NCBI GenBank assembly: GCA_963662545.2
Contig: CAXXLL010000002.1
Location: 2,112,001 to 2,176,000, forward strand
Source of the DNA: Gammaproteobacteria bacterium
GTDB taxonomy: Bacteria > Pseudomonadota > Gammaproteobacteria > Ga0077536
Direction: 5' to 3'
DNA length: 64,000 bases
This document shows, piece after piece, positions 13,775 through 27,414 of this stretch. The notes under the pieces are model-generated. The model was not told the origin of the DNA. It saw only the letters and a list, made by a program, of their open reading frames with translations, and did no database searches. Both the position numbers and the translations under genes were made by a program. How positions within the stretch are numbered: the stretch's first letter is position 1; each line of letters opens with the position of its first letter.

Positions 13775-14050
13775 TCATGCTGACTCGGCGCGGCTCTCTT
13801 TCATGAGCAGATGCAGGTTCCTCAAATAAATGACGCTGTTCATGAGATGTCCCACGATGAAAACCGGATCCGTCCGGTACAGAGCGTAGGCCAAGAGCGT
13901 CAGGGAGCCGGCGATGCTGAAATACCAGAAGGTAATGGGAATGACGCTGCGCTGCATGCGTTCGCTAGTGATCCATTGGATCAGCCACCGGCACGAAAAC
14001 AGAAATTGACCGAATAGACCGATCCCTATCCATACCTGTTCCACTGTCAT
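13775..14050 (-). CDS. lipid-A-disaccharide synthase N-terminal domain (LAB_N) small membrane protein
   Basis: GQFLFSCRWLIQW..SE...SVIP..FWYFS..G...L.YA...DPVFI.G signature. Confidence 0.88.
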   Translation of the reverse strand: MTVEQVWIGIGLFGQFLFSCRWLIQWITSERMQRSVIPITFWYFSIAGSLTLLAYALYRTDPVFIVGHLMNSVIYLRNLHLLMKESRAESA

Positions 14051-14814
14051 GAACTCGATTCCTCGGAATTAGAAGGTCCAAAAGCACGCCGGTTCAGCCA
14101 CATAACGCCCATCAAGTCGACGATACCGACGCCGAGCCGATTCCAGACGCCGTATTTAGAGTGCCCGCCAAGGCGCGGCCGGTGAGACACCGGCACTGAA
14201 ATGCTACGCCCCCCGCCGCGGCGGATCAGGGCCGGCAGAAACCGGTGCATATGATCGAAACGGGGCAGGCGCATGAAGGCGGTGCGACGGATGATCTTGA
14301 GTCCACATCCGGTATCGGGCGTACCATCGGCAAGCAGTCGTGAACGAACGCCATTCGCGACCCGCGAGGACACGCGGCGCAGTAGATTGTCTTGCCGGGC
14401 ACGTCGGTCCCCGCAGATGAGATCAGGCGCGCCGTCGGCAGGCGCTTCTTCCACGAGTCGGAGCAGGGTGGAAATATCCGCCGGATCATTCTGGCCGTCG
14501 CCGTCCAAGGTGATGATCCACTCACCGTGCGCGGCGTCGACGCCGCTGCAGATCGCCGCGCTCTGACCGCGGTTATGCCGGTGCACGACGACCACGATCC
14601 TGCCGTCGCTGCTTGCCTCGGCCGTTCGCAGCAGCTCGAGGGTACCGTCGTTACTACCGTCGTCTATCGCAACGATTTCGTAAGGCCCCGCGACCTCCAT
14701 CACTACGTTTATTTCCTCTAAAAGCGATGCAACGTTGTCTTTTTCGTCGTAAAACGTGACAACTACGGAGTAGACCGTTGCTGCATAATTCGAGGGGCTC
14801 GTCGTCTGGTTCAT
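14047..14814 (-). CDS. GT2 polyprenyl-phosphate glycosyltransferase (DPM1/ArnC/RgtE-like)
   Basis: DDGSNDGT, NRGQSAA, TLDGDGQNDPAD, DTGCGLK, HRFLPAL, HRPRLGGHSKYG. Confidence 0.9.
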   Translation of the reverse strand: MNQTTSPSNYAATVYSVVVTFYDEKDNVASLLEEINVVMEVAGPYEIVAIDDGSNDGTLELLRTAEASSDGRIVVVVHRHNRGQSAAICSGVDAAHGEWIITLDGDGQNDPADISTLLRLVEEAPADGAPDLICGDRRARQDNLLRRVSSRVANGVRSRLLADGTPDTGCGLKIIRRTAFMRLPRFDHMHRFLPALIRRGGGRSISVPVSHRPRLGGHSKYGVWNRLGVGIVDLMGVMWLNRRAFGPSNSEESSS

Positions 14815-15075
14815 GGACAACTTCTCGCCGGCTACGAAGGCGCCGGGTAACGGGCGGGGCGGGGCGTACCACAGCACGCATTTAATCGCCGCGCATTCTA
14901 TCAGGCATCGATCACTGCCACACGGCATGAATATTATGAGGGTAGGAGCGCGCCTGCGTGCGAACCGGTTGAGGAATCGCGTGCAAGCGCACTCCTACGG
15001 TGCCGTGGTACAGGATGTCGCAGCCAGCTTGCGCGAGCATCGAATCCTGTTTCACAATGGCAGTGAGGAAAGCCA

Positions 15076-15624
15076 ATGGGCCATCGTCTATCAAAAATCT
15101 ACACGCGCACGGGCGATGACGGCACGACCGGGCTCGGTGACGGTACCCGTATCCCCAAAACCGGCGCCCGGTTGCGGGCGATCGGCGACATCGACGAACT
15201 GAATTGCTGCATCGGGCTTTTGATCGCCGACGGGGTTCGCGAGGACCTGGGTGCCACGCTGCTCGACATTCAACACGACCTGTTTGACCTCGGCGGCGAG
15301 TTGTCGATACCTGGAAGCGAATTCACTGGAGAGGCGGCAGTGGCCAAGATCGAGGCCGCGATCGATCACTACAACGAGGACCTGCCGCCCTTGAAGGAAT
15401 TCATTCTGCCGGGCGGCAGTCGGCAGGCCGCAAACTGCCATCTCGCGCGTGCCGTGTGCCGACGCGCGGAGCGCCACATCCTGAGCCTGGACGAAAACGA
15501 AAAGCTGAACCGCCAATCGCTCATGTACATCAATCGACTGTCAGATCTCCTGTTCGTGGCCGCGCGCGTCATCGCCCGTGAGTCCGGCGCGGGCGAGATT
15601 CTGTGGCAGCGCGATCGCGCCTGA
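15076..15624 (+). CDS. pduO: PduO-type cob(I)alamin adenosyltransferase
   Basis: KIYTRTGDDGTT, GDIDELN, FILPGG, RAVCRRAER, NRLSDLLF. Confidence 0.93.
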   Translation: MGHRLSKIYTRTGDDGTTGLGDGTRIPKTGARLRAIGDIDELNCCIGLLIADGVREDLGATLLDIQHDLFDLGGELSIPGSEFTGEAAVAKIEAAIDHYNEDLPPLKEFILPGGSRQAANCHLARAVCRRAERHILSLDENEKLNRQSLMYINRLSDLLFVAARVIARESGAGEILWQRDRA

Positions 15625-15639
15625 ACACACGCTCGCTAG

Positions 15640-15865
15640 CAGTCTGTCGGACTTAGGCAATCGTCGCGAGCAGAGTAGGAGAGCGAGGCCAAATGTTCAC
15701 GATTTTGAGGCGCATAGTGGTTCTATGTAACGAAAGATTCGTCTGGAACGAATCTTCGCGTCAGCCCCGAAGGGGTGAAGCTCAGGGACGCGCTGAACAA
15801 AAATCGTGGATATTTGGGCCGCTCTCCCATCTGCGTAGCAGATTGTTCCTAAGTCCGACAGGCTG
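15640..15865. mobile_element. 226-bp MITE family B, copy 1, carrying one ~70-bp insert
   Basis: TIRs CAGtCTGTCGGACTTAGG / CCTAAGTCCGACAGGCTG; CTAG duplicated on both sides. Confidence 0.88.
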
Positions 15866-15882
15866 CTAGGCCATGAATCTTA

Positions 15883-15948
15883 ATTCGCCCGCAAGCGGGC
15901 TTCTACGAGAGTAGTAACAGCACCGTAGGAGCCCGCTTACCGGCGAAT
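15883..15948. repeat. inverted pair of GTAG-type REP sequences
   Basis: attcgcccgcaagcgggcttctac (15883-15906) and gtaggagcccgcttaccggcgaat (15925-15948), between convergent genes. Confidence 0.75.
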
Positions 15949-15971
15949 AGAGGGCGGCATTCACCCGCCTG

Positions 15972-16604
15972 CTAACGTTCGCGCAATTCCATTACCGCGC
16001 CCTCGCGGTGAATGTCGAGCCGGTTGAGAAAAGACTGGCCGAGCAGGGGAACGCTGGGGAAATCGCCATCGATGACGGTTCCCCTGACGCGTTTGATGCG
16101 CAGTGAACGTATCTTGACCTCGTCGAGGATGACGCCGTAGCCGACGGCGAATCCCGATGCGGTTCGTACCGTATGTTTTTCGCCCTCTACGGCATAAGGT
16201 ATCCCGATCCGGCGGGCGGTATGCTTATTCATGGCCACCGAAGTCGCACCGGTATCGACTAAAAAGCGTACGGGGTTGCCGTTGATCTGGCCGTCGACGA
16301 AATAATGTCCACCATCACCGGGCACCAGACGTACGACTTTCGGTGCGGGCCCGGCGGGAATGGATCCGCTGATCTTGCCGTCGAGAGCCAATTCGAACAC
16401 GCGTCCTTCGATCTCAACTAGCGCCCGATTCGCATCGGCGTCGATGAGCCGCACACCTTCGGGTGAGGACTCGCCTTTCTTCAACACCCGTTGCATGCCA
16501 TCGATGCTGAGTAGGGCCTTACCCTTGAAAAGGCCGAGCGCAGTGACTTTTGGTTCACCGAGAGCGTCGGCAAAAAGCCCGATCAAGACGGCGACCACAA
16601 GCAC
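15972..16604 (-). CDS. clan AA (retropepsin-like) aspartic protease, TIGR02281-like
   Basis: GHYFVDGQING, FLVDTGAT, LLGQSFL motifs; start position uncertain. Confidence 0.85.
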   Translation of the reverse strand: MLVVAVLIGLFADALGEPKVTALGLFKGKALLSIDGMQRVLKKGESSPEGVRLIDADANRALVEIEGRVFELALDGKISGSIPAGPAPKVVRLVPGDGGHYFVDGQINGNPVRFLVDTGATSVAMNKHTARRIGIPYAVEGEKHTVRTASGFAVGYGVILDEVKIRSLRIKRVRGTVIDGDFPSVPLLGQSFLNRLDIHREGAVMELRER

Positions 16605-16746
16605 ACGAATTCCGCACCTCGTCTCCTCGTACGTCGGGCCTTTTTGGGGCAGCAAGGCGCAAAACGCCCGCGACACATTTCTCACCATCCTGCTAGACTC
16701 GCGCGCTTCATTCGCTCCGGCGATTCGATTTAGAGGATTCCCTGTC

Positions 16747-17349
16747 ATGAAAGTTGCCTGCATCGATTTCGAAGGCGTGCTCGTGCCGGAAATCTGGATA
16801 AATCTCGCCGATCGCACGGGCATCAAAGCACTCGAACTCACCACCCGTGACATTCCGGACTACGACGAATTGATGACGTACCGGCTAAACATCATGTCCG
16901 AGCACCGCCTTGGTTTCAACGAAATCGAGGCGGCGGCCGCCGCGCTCGACCCCCTGCCGGGCGCCGCCGAGTTTCTGAGCTGGCTGAGAATTCATTTCCA
17001 GGTCGCAATTATTTCCGACACTTTCCACGAACTCGCCAAACCGCTGACGGCCAAACTCGGCCACCCGGTGATCCTATGCCACCGCCTGGAAATCAAATCC
17101 GACGGCAAGATCACCGGTTACATCATGCGGCAGGACGACCCCAAGCGGCGGGCAGTCGCAGCCTTCCAATCGCTGAATTACAAAGTCGTCGCAACCGGCG
17201 ATTCCTACAACGACATCAGCATGCTCGAGCAAGCGGATACCAGCATGCTCTTCAAGCCGTCGCACAAGGTGGTTGCCGACTACCCGGACATCGCTGTCGC
17301 GGATAATTACACTGAACTGCAGGAGATGTTCTCAGACGCGATCGATTGA
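16747..17349 (+). CDS. thrH: phosphoserine phosphatase / homoserine phosphotransferase
   Basis: ACIDFEGVLVPEIW, TTRDIPDYDELM, GDSYNDISML. Confidence 0.93.
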   Translation: MKVACIDFEGVLVPEIWINLADRTGIKALELTTRDIPDYDELMTYRLNIMSEHRLGFNEIEAAAAALDPLPGAAEFLSWLRIHFQVAIISDTFHELAKPLTAKLGHPVILCHRLEIKSDGKITGYIMRQDDPKRRAVAAFQSLNYKVVATGDSYNDISMLEQADTSMLFKPSHKVVADYPDIAVADNYTELQEMFSDAID

Positions 17350-17385
17350 CCGCACGCACCGACGTGCGTCGGAGCGACAAAATTG

Positions 17386-17464
17386 AACCACAGAGAACAC
17401 AGAGATTAGTGAACAAAAGATATTGTATTTCTCTGTGTTCTCTGCAGTTCATTGCGAGGTTAAA
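17386..17464. repeat. AACCACAGAG-type 9-mer periodic palindromic repeat
   Basis: aaccacagagaacacagag ... ctctgtgttctctg; related copy at 23303-23392; between convergent thrH and gluQ. Confidence 0.7.
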
Positions 17465-17494
17465 AGGCTCGCCCGGTGAGATATCCGGGCCATG

Positions 17495-18379
17495 TCAATC
17501 TGCAGGCGGTGGATAGACCGAGGTGCTCGCCTCGCGGCTTACTTGGGAGAGATCCCAACGCGCCCGAGCCCAGGCCAGTAGTTCAAGCGGCGGACCGTGA
17601 ATGGCATCGGCCGGTGGATCGAATCCGAGAAATCTCACCGCGTGAAAGAGCGCCGGCCGCGCGTCTTCGGGCAGCACAGGCACGGCCCGGCTCTGCTTGC
17701 TCAATTTCCTACCCTGCCGGTCCACCACGACTGGAACGTGCGCGTAGCGTGGTTCGGGCAGTCCGAGTAGATGCTGAAGATGTATCTGTCGCAGCGTGGA
17801 ATCGATCAGGTCAGCGCCACGCACGACTTCGTTGACGCCCTGCCAGGCATCGTCTACGGCACAGGCCAGATGATAGGCAACGAAGCCGTCGGCACGGCGC
17901 ACGACGAAATCGCCGCAGTCGCTTTCGAGGTGCTGGACGATGCGCCCCTGAACCGCGTCGTGAAAGACGAGGGCGCGATCGTCGACGCGCACCCTCAGCG
18001 TGCGCCCGGCAGTGCCCGGCGGCAGTCCTTGCCGGCAGGTGCCGGGATACCGGCTGCCGTCGAGATCGCGTCGCGTGCACGCGCAAGGGAAAACGGCGCC
18101 GTCCCCCTCAAGCGTCTCGAGCGCGGCTTTGTAGGCGTCGCCGCGCGTACTTTGGTACACAACCTCACCGTCCCAATGCAGTTCGAGCGCTTCAAGTGTA
18201 CGCAGGATCGCGGCGGCTGCGCCGGGCTCTTCGCGCGGCGGATCGAGGTCATCGATCCGCACCAGCCAACGACCTGCATGCGCCCGTGCCTCGAGAAAGC
18301 TCGCCAGCGCCGCCACTACGGATCCGAAATGTAGCGGCCCGGTGGGTGACGGCGCGAAACGCCCGGTGATGACGGACAC
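17495..18379 (-). CDS. gluQ: glutamyl-Q tRNA(Asp) synthetase
   Basis: GRFAPSPTGPLHFGS, CACTR, YPGTCR, VVRGADL, KLSKQ; no anticodon-binding domain. Confidence 0.93.
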   Translation of the reverse strand: MSVITGRFAPSPTGPLHFGSVVAALASFLEARAHAGRWLVRIDDLDPPREEPGAAAAILRTLEALELHWDGEVVYQSTRGDAYKAALETLEGDGAVFPCACTRRDLDGSRYPGTCRQGLPPGTAGRTLRVRVDDRALVFHDAVQGRIVQHLESDCGDFVVRRADGFVAYHLACAVDDAWQGVNEVVRGADLIDSTLRQIHLQHLLGLPEPRYAHVPVVVDRQGRKLSKQSRAVPVLPEDARPALFHAVRFLGFDPPADAIHGPPLELLAWARARWDLSQVSREASTSVYPPPAD

Positions 18380-18401
18380 GGCGATGGAGTCCCTTCGAAT
18401 G

Positions 18402-19142
18402 TCAGGGTGAAACGTTGCCCGAGAAATGTTCGCAGTACATGCTCGTCGCACCCGCTACCCCGACTGGGATTGCGAGGAAGTTGACGATCGGAATGATGGT
18501 CAGAAACGTAATGGAGCCGCCGAAGCCGAGCGCCAGGCGCCGTTGCGCGCGCATTTCCTCGATCACCGTCGGAAACAGGCGTCCGTGATTTCCCAATGGA
18601 CAGTCAAGATATTCCATACTCAGCATCCATGCGCCGAATAAAAACCACAGCATTGGGGCGACCACGTTGACTCCGGGTATCAAGCTGATCACCACTAGCG
18701 GCAGGGCGCGCAACACGATATAGATCAGCTTGCGCAATTCCGCGCGGATGGAGCGTGCCGCCTCATTCAGCAAACGCGACCACGAGAATGCCGGTGTTTC
18801 CATCTGTGGATTGAGATGATGCTCAACGGCTTCCGCCAGCATACTGTTGAATGGACCGGCGATAAGATTTGCGAGCAGAGAGAATGTGAAAAAGACGCTG
18901 ATCGCCGCGAGGAGTCCCAAGATCAACCACAAGATCCAGCGGATCCATTCGGGCCAGTCGGCCAGGTAGCGGTCGAGTCCATAATCGACCGCCATCCCTA
19001 CGGCGCTCAGCGCCAGCACGAAAACCACGATATTGATCAAAAGCGGAATCGCGACGAAAATCCGCACGCCGGGTTGCGTGATGAGCCTGAATCCGCGCAA
19101 GGCATGGCGCATGCCCTGCATGAGCCCCGTGCCGGCGCTCAT
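18402..19142 (-). CDS. cysZ: sulfate transporter CysZ (EI24 domain)
   Basis: ANLIAGPFNSMLAEAVE, EYLDCPLGNH, IPIVNFLAIPVGVAGAT; near smc as in other gammaproteobacteria. Confidence 0.88.
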   Translation of the reverse strand: MSAGTGLMQGMRHALRGFRLITQPGVRIFVAIPLLINIVVFVLALSAVGMAVDYGLDRYLADWPEWIRWILWLILGLLAAISVFFTFSLLANLIAGPFNSMLAEAVEHHLNPQMETPAFSWSRLLNEAARSIRAELRKLIYIVLRALPLVVISLIPGVNVVAPMLWFLFGAWMLSMEYLDCPLGNHGRLFPTVIEEMRAQRRLALGFGGSITFLTIIPIVNFLAIPVGVAGATSMYCEHFSGNVSP

Positions 19143-19534
19143 GGAACCGGCAGCACGCTGTCAGCCGCCGGCGTCCAGCCGGTTTGCCGGTATTCCGTGA
19201 TGATCGTCGGGTAGGTCCCCCCGCGCACGTTGAACGCCGCGGTCATGCGCGCGTAGCGGGGCGCGCAGGCGGCCACTACGTCGTCGAGTATCGCGTTCGT
19301 CACCGCTTCGTGGAACGCGGCTTCGTCGCGGTACGACCAGATGTAAAGCTTGAGCGCCTTGAGTTCCAGACAAGTCTGGTCCGGAATGTACTCGATCTTC
19401 ATGTCGGCGAAATCCGGCTGCCCGGTGAGTGGGCACAAACAGGTGAACTCCGGCAGACGGATGCTGATCAGGAAGTCGCGCTCGGGCTTCGGGTTCGCGA
19501 ATGTGTCGAGTTCCCGTACGGGTTTCAGGGCCAT
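19139..19534 (-). CDS. queF: preQ0 reductase (type I QueF)
   Basis: PEFTCLCPLTGQPDFA, ELKALKLY, FHE, FNVRGG. Confidence 0.95.
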   Translation of the reverse strand: MALKPVRELDTFANPKPERDFLISIRLPEFTCLCPLTGQPDFADMKIEYIPDQTCLELKALKLYIWSYRDEAAFHEAVTNAILDDVVAACAPRYARMTAAFNVRGGTYPTIITEYRQTGWTPAADSVLPVP

Positions 19535-19728
19535 GGCCGCGTTCGATGAAGGCTGAAAATTGGCGCTAACCTTACCACACGGCGCGTTTGCCAACGGCCA
19601 CCACTCGAGACGCAGAACGGGTTCGAGCAAGCCTTCTTTTCTTCACCGAAAACAGTTCGTTAGTCGTCGTCAATTCGACGCCCGGCGGCGTTGTGCCGGC
19701 GGATCACGATGGGGTATGCTGTGCCTCC

Positions 19729-22700
19729 ATGCGCATCACACGAATTAAGCTCTCAGGCTTCAAATCGTTCGTCGATCCCACCACTCTAACCCTCCCCGGA
19801 AACCTCACTGGCGTCGTCGGCCCCAACGGCTGCGGCAAGTCCAATATTATCGATGCGCTCATCTGGGTCATGGGGGAAAGTTCCGCCAAGCATCTGCGGG
19901 GCGATTCGATGTCGGACGTTATTTTCAACGGATCCAACACTCGAAAGCCGGTCGGTCAGGCGACCGTTGAGATCATCTTCGACAATACCGACGGCACGAT
20001 CGGCGGACAGTACGCCGGATTCGGCGAAATTTCGATCAAACGCACCGTAGGGCGCGATGGCATTTCGTCCTATTTCCTGAACGGCGGACGCTGCCGCCGC
20101 AAGGACGTCACCAACATCTTTCTGGGAACCGGTATCGGCGCGCGCGGCTATTCGGTGATCGAACAAGGCATGATCTCGCGAGTGATCGAGGCGAAGCCGG
20201 AGGAGTTACGTTCGTTCCTGGAGGAAGCCGCCGGCATTTCCAAATATAAGGAGCGGCGCCGTGAGACCGAGACCCGCATGCGCCACACCCGTGAGAATAT
20301 CGAGCGCCTCGACGATATCCGTGAAGAATTGGACAAGCAGTTGGCACATCTGCAGCGTCAGGCACGAGGCGCCGAGCGCTATCAGAAACTGAAAGCGGAA
20401 GAAAGGCACGCCCAAGGGCGCCTGTTGGCCGTACGCTGGCGCGCGCTGGACGCCGAGCGTATCGAATGCAAGCAACGTGTCGAGGAGCGCGCTAACGAAG
20501 TTGAAGCCAAGGCCGCAGGACTTCGCGATATCGAGGCGCGCCAGACAGGCTACCGTGAAGCACAAACCGAAGCGACGGAAAAATTCAATCAGGTACAGAC
20601 GGAGTTCTACGCCAAAAGCGCCGACATCTCGCGACTGGAGCAGGCGCTTAAACACGCCGACGAACTAGAGCAATCCCTCAGGGGTGATCTCGAGGAAACG
20701 AATGCCTCGCAAGAAGACCTGTCCCGCCTGGTGAAAACCGACCGTGTACAACGAGACGCAATCGACGAAAAACTGCAGATGCTCGAGCCACGTTTCAACC
20801 AGCACAGAGATGCCGGGACCGAAGTCTACGAAGCCGTCCGAGCGGTCGAAGCACGCATGACGCAATGGCAAAACGACTGGGATTTATTCAACGCCGCGCA
20901 TACCGAGCTGGCACAGCGTGAACATGCGGCCCAGATCCGGCTGGAACACCTGTTGGAGGACGTCGCCGATGCACACACCCGCAGCTCCTTCCTGAACGAC
21001 GAAGCCTCGCGCAACGACACTTCTGATCTGTCGTCACAACGTGATCAACTCCGTTCGGAGTTGGGCCAGGCCGAGGAACTGCGCGCTCAGACCAAGGTCG
21101 AGCGCGATGCGCTGCGCGCCAAGTTGTCGCAGAACTGGAGCGCCGCGCAAACTCTGGGAGCTTCTTTACACAATCACCAAGCGCACCTGCAAGAGCAGCG
21201 CGGACGTCTCGCGTCGCTCAAGGCGTTGCAGGAAGCCGCCTACGGCGGTGACCAGGAACGGGTTCAAGCCTGGTTCGAAGAAAAAGGGATCTCCGATCTC
21301 GCGCGACTCGTAGAATTCGTCGACGTCGAGACCGGCTGGGAGCGGGCGCTCGAAGCCGCCCTGCGCATTCCCCTCGGCGCCGTCTGCGGTGAGAACCTCG
21401 TCGGGCGACTGTTGGACACCGACCGCGGTCGGCCGCACACCTCGGCGATCACGGTAGTGGAAACGAATTCGAATTTGAACGCGACATCCGGCGCCCCCCC
21501 GGAGTCGCTCGCCAGCAAAGTGACGGGCCCGATCGATCTCGAACCCCTGCTGCACGGAGTATTCGCGGCTGCCAGCGTGGACGAGGCGAAATCGATTCGT
21601 GAGCGAATGGCCGCGCACGAGTTGGTCGTGCTGCCCGACGGCACGATGTTCGGTCGCAACTGGATACAGCTACCGGCCGCGGGCGATGAATCAGAAGGAA
21701 TCCTGTCGCGCGATCGCTTGATCGCTCACCTCGAGGCGAAGATCGAAAAGAACGACGCCGAGACCGCCGAGCTCCGCGCCCAGATCGATCTTTCACAGGC
21801 CCGTCTCAAAGAACTCGAGCAGCAGGAGCACGAAGTAAGCGAACGGCTGGAAATCGAGGATCGTGAAATTACCGCGCAGCGTACTGAGTTCGGACGGCTG
21901 GAAGCAGAATACCAGCGCAGGCAGGCGCGCACCTCGGACGTCGCCCGTGAACTGGAGAGACTGTCGGCGGAATCGGACGAGAATCGGGAGGCGATCGAAG
22001 CGCTCGAGCAGGACCTTAGTCTGGCATCGGCCCAGCTCGCCGAACACGCCGAACGGCGGGAGCAACTCAGCGGCACGCGGGGGGAAATTCAGCAGGAACT
22101 CGACGCTTCCAGGGAGCGTTGGCGCGATGCGCGCGAGTCGACGCACAGCCTGGAACTGGAGCTGGAACATGCAAAATCCCAGCTCGCGACCTTGGCTAGC
22201 AATATCGAGCGCAATATCACGGCCAAGAATCAACTGGAGCAACGATGTACGGAGATCGAACAGGCCATTGCTGCAATGAAAGCGCCGCGCGCAGAAATGA
22301 AAGCACAACTCGAACAGGCCTTGAAAGCCCGGCTCGATGCTGAGCGCCGCTTGAACGAGGCTCGCGAGGCACTCGGTGGCCTCGATGACGATCTCCATAA
22401 ATCGGCTGCAGCACGGGCCGAAATCGAACAGGCCATTGCCGAGCGTCGACGGCGCCTGGAGCAGGTACGCCTCGATCAGCGCGCGCTCGAAGTGCGGTTA
22501 CAAGAATTGATGGGCCGGTTCGACACCACCGGCGAAAATTTTGACGCGATCGCGGCGACCTTGAGCGACGAGGATAGTGAACAGAGCGTTCAGAGCGAAC
22601 TCGAACGGGTCGCGAACCGCATCGCGCGGCTCGGTCCGATCAATCTCGCCGCGATCGATGAATACTCACAATTGTCGGAGCGTAAGGCCTATCTCGACAA

Positions 22701-23247
22701 ACAACACGAAGACCTGGCCACAGCACTCGATACGCTAACGGAAGCGATACGCAAAATCGACCGCGAAACACGCACGCGCTTCAAAGAAACCTATGACAAG
22801 GTCAATAACGGTCTGCAGGCAATGTTCCCGATCCTGTTCGGCGGCGGCCACGCTTATTTGGAGATGACCGGCGAGGATTTACTGGAAACCGGCGTAACCG
22901 TCATGGCGCGCCCGCCCGGCAAGCGTAACAGCAACATTCATCTGCTTTCAGGTGGCGAAAAGGCGCTGACTGCGCTGGCTTTCATATTCGCGATCTTCGA
23001 AATGAGCCCGGCGCCGTTCTGCCTGCTCGACGAAGTCGATGCGCCGCTGGACGACGCCAATGTCGTGCGCCTGTGTGAAATGCTGATATCGATGTCGAAA
23101 TCGGTTCAGTTTTTGTTCGTCACGCACAATAAGATCACGATGGAAATCGCTGCACAAATTATCGGCGTGACGATGCAGGAAGCCGGTGTTTCCCGGCTCG
23201 TTTCGGTCAACATGGAGGAGGCCGTGGAATTGGCGGCGACCGCGTGA
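19729..23247 (+). CDS. smc: chromosome segregation protein SMC
   Basis: GFKSF, GPNGCGKSN Walker A, coiled coils, LSGGEK, LDEVDAPLD. Confidence 0.97.
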   Translation: MRITRIKLSGFKSFVDPTTLTLPGNLTGVVGPNGCGKSNIIDALIWVMGESSAKHLRGDSMSDVIFNGSNTRKPVGQATVEIIFDNTDGTIGGQYAGFGEISIKRTVGRDGISSYFLNGGRCRRKDVTNIFLGTGIGARGYSVIEQGMISRVIEAKPEELRSFLEEAAGISKYKERRRETETRMRHTRENIERLDDIREELDKQLAHLQRQARGAERYQKLKAEERHAQGRLLAVRWRALDAERIECKQRVEERANEVEAKAAGLRDIEARQTGYREAQTEATEKFNQVQTEFYAKSADISRLEQALKHADELEQSLRGDLEETNASQEDLSRLVKTDRVQRDAIDEKLQMLEPRFNQHRDAGTEVYEAVRAVEARMTQWQNDWDLFNAAHTELAQREHAAQIRLEHLLEDVADAHTRSSFLNDEASRNDTSDLSSQRDQLRSELGQAEELRAQTKVERDALRAKLSQNWSAAQTLGASLHNHQAHLQEQRGRLASLKALQEAAYGGDQERVQAWFEEKGISDLARLVEFVDVETGWERALEAALRIPLGAVCGENLVGRLLDTDRGRPHTSAITVVETNSNLNATSGAPPESLASKVTGPIDLEPLLHGVFAAASVDEAKSIRERMAAHELVVLPDGTMFGRNWIQLPAAGDESEGILSRDRLIAHLEAKIEKNDAETAELRAQIDLSQARLKELEQQEHEVSERLEIEDREITAQRTEFGRLEAEYQRRQARTSDVARELERLSAESDENREAIEALEQDLSLASAQLAEHAERREQLSGTRGEIQQELDASRERWRDARESTHSLELELEHAKSQLATLASNIERNITAKNQLEQRCTEIEQAIAAMKAPRAEMKAQLEQALKARLDAERRLNEAREALGGLDDDLHKSAAARAEIEQAIAERRRRLEQVRLDQRALEVRLQELMGRFDTTGENFDAIAATLSDEDSEQSVQSELERVANRIARLGPINLAAIDEYSQLSERKAYLDKQHEDLATALDTLTEAIRKIDRETRTRFKETYDKVNNGLQAMFPILFGGGHAYLEMTGEDLLETGVTVMARPPGKRNSNIHLLSGGEKALTALAFIFAIFEMSPAPFCLLDEVDAPLDDANVVRLCEMLISMSKSVQFLFVTHNKITMEIAAQIIGVTMQEAGVSRLVSVNMEEAVELAATA

Positions 23248-23302
23248 CGCGGTCTTGATGTTAGGACGCTTTGTTGTTTGAATCGCTAATACGGTCGCAA
23301 TG

Positions 23303-23392
23303 AACCACAGAGATCACAGAGGACACAAAGAAAGTAGAAAAGACCGTTTACAGATCACAAATATAATGCATTTCTCTGTGATCTCTGTGGTT
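23303..23392. repeat. AACCACAGAG-type palindromic repeat
   Basis: aaccacagagatcacagag ... ctctgtgatctctgtggtt. Confidence 0.75.
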
Positions 23393-23472
23393 TTATTTTA
23401 TTGTACCGCTCCGTTATACGGCTGCGTACCAGTGCACCGTCTAAGATCCTACCTATGAAGCGCCGTTAACGC

Positions 23473-27218
<3,746 letters not shown>

Positions 27219-27260
27219 GCTGTTCGATCGTGTCGGCTAACCGTCAACGGCAGCGATCGA

Positions 27261-27277
27261 TGCGAGTTTCGTGCCAA
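27261..27277 (-). promoter_or_regulatory. sigma54 -24/-12 promoter for the GGDEF gene
   Basis: Minus strand TTGGCACGAAACTCGCA versus consensus TGGCACG-N4-TTGCW, ~43 bp before the ATG. Confidence 0.65.
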
Positions 27278-27400
27278 GCGAATACCGGGAACTCGCCGCA
27301 AAAAGCAAGATATTTATCGTAACAGGTTGTTTATTATTGACTATTTGTCTATTTAGGGGGGGCTAAATACGAACGGTAACCATTTTTTTACTGGATAAAA

Positions 27401-27414
27401 GTCAATTTTTTGAC
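27401..27414. promoter_or_regulatory. FleQ-like enhancer box
   Basis: GTCAATTTTTTGAC palindrome ~125 bp upstream of the sigma54 site, across an AT-rich spacer. Confidence 0.55.
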
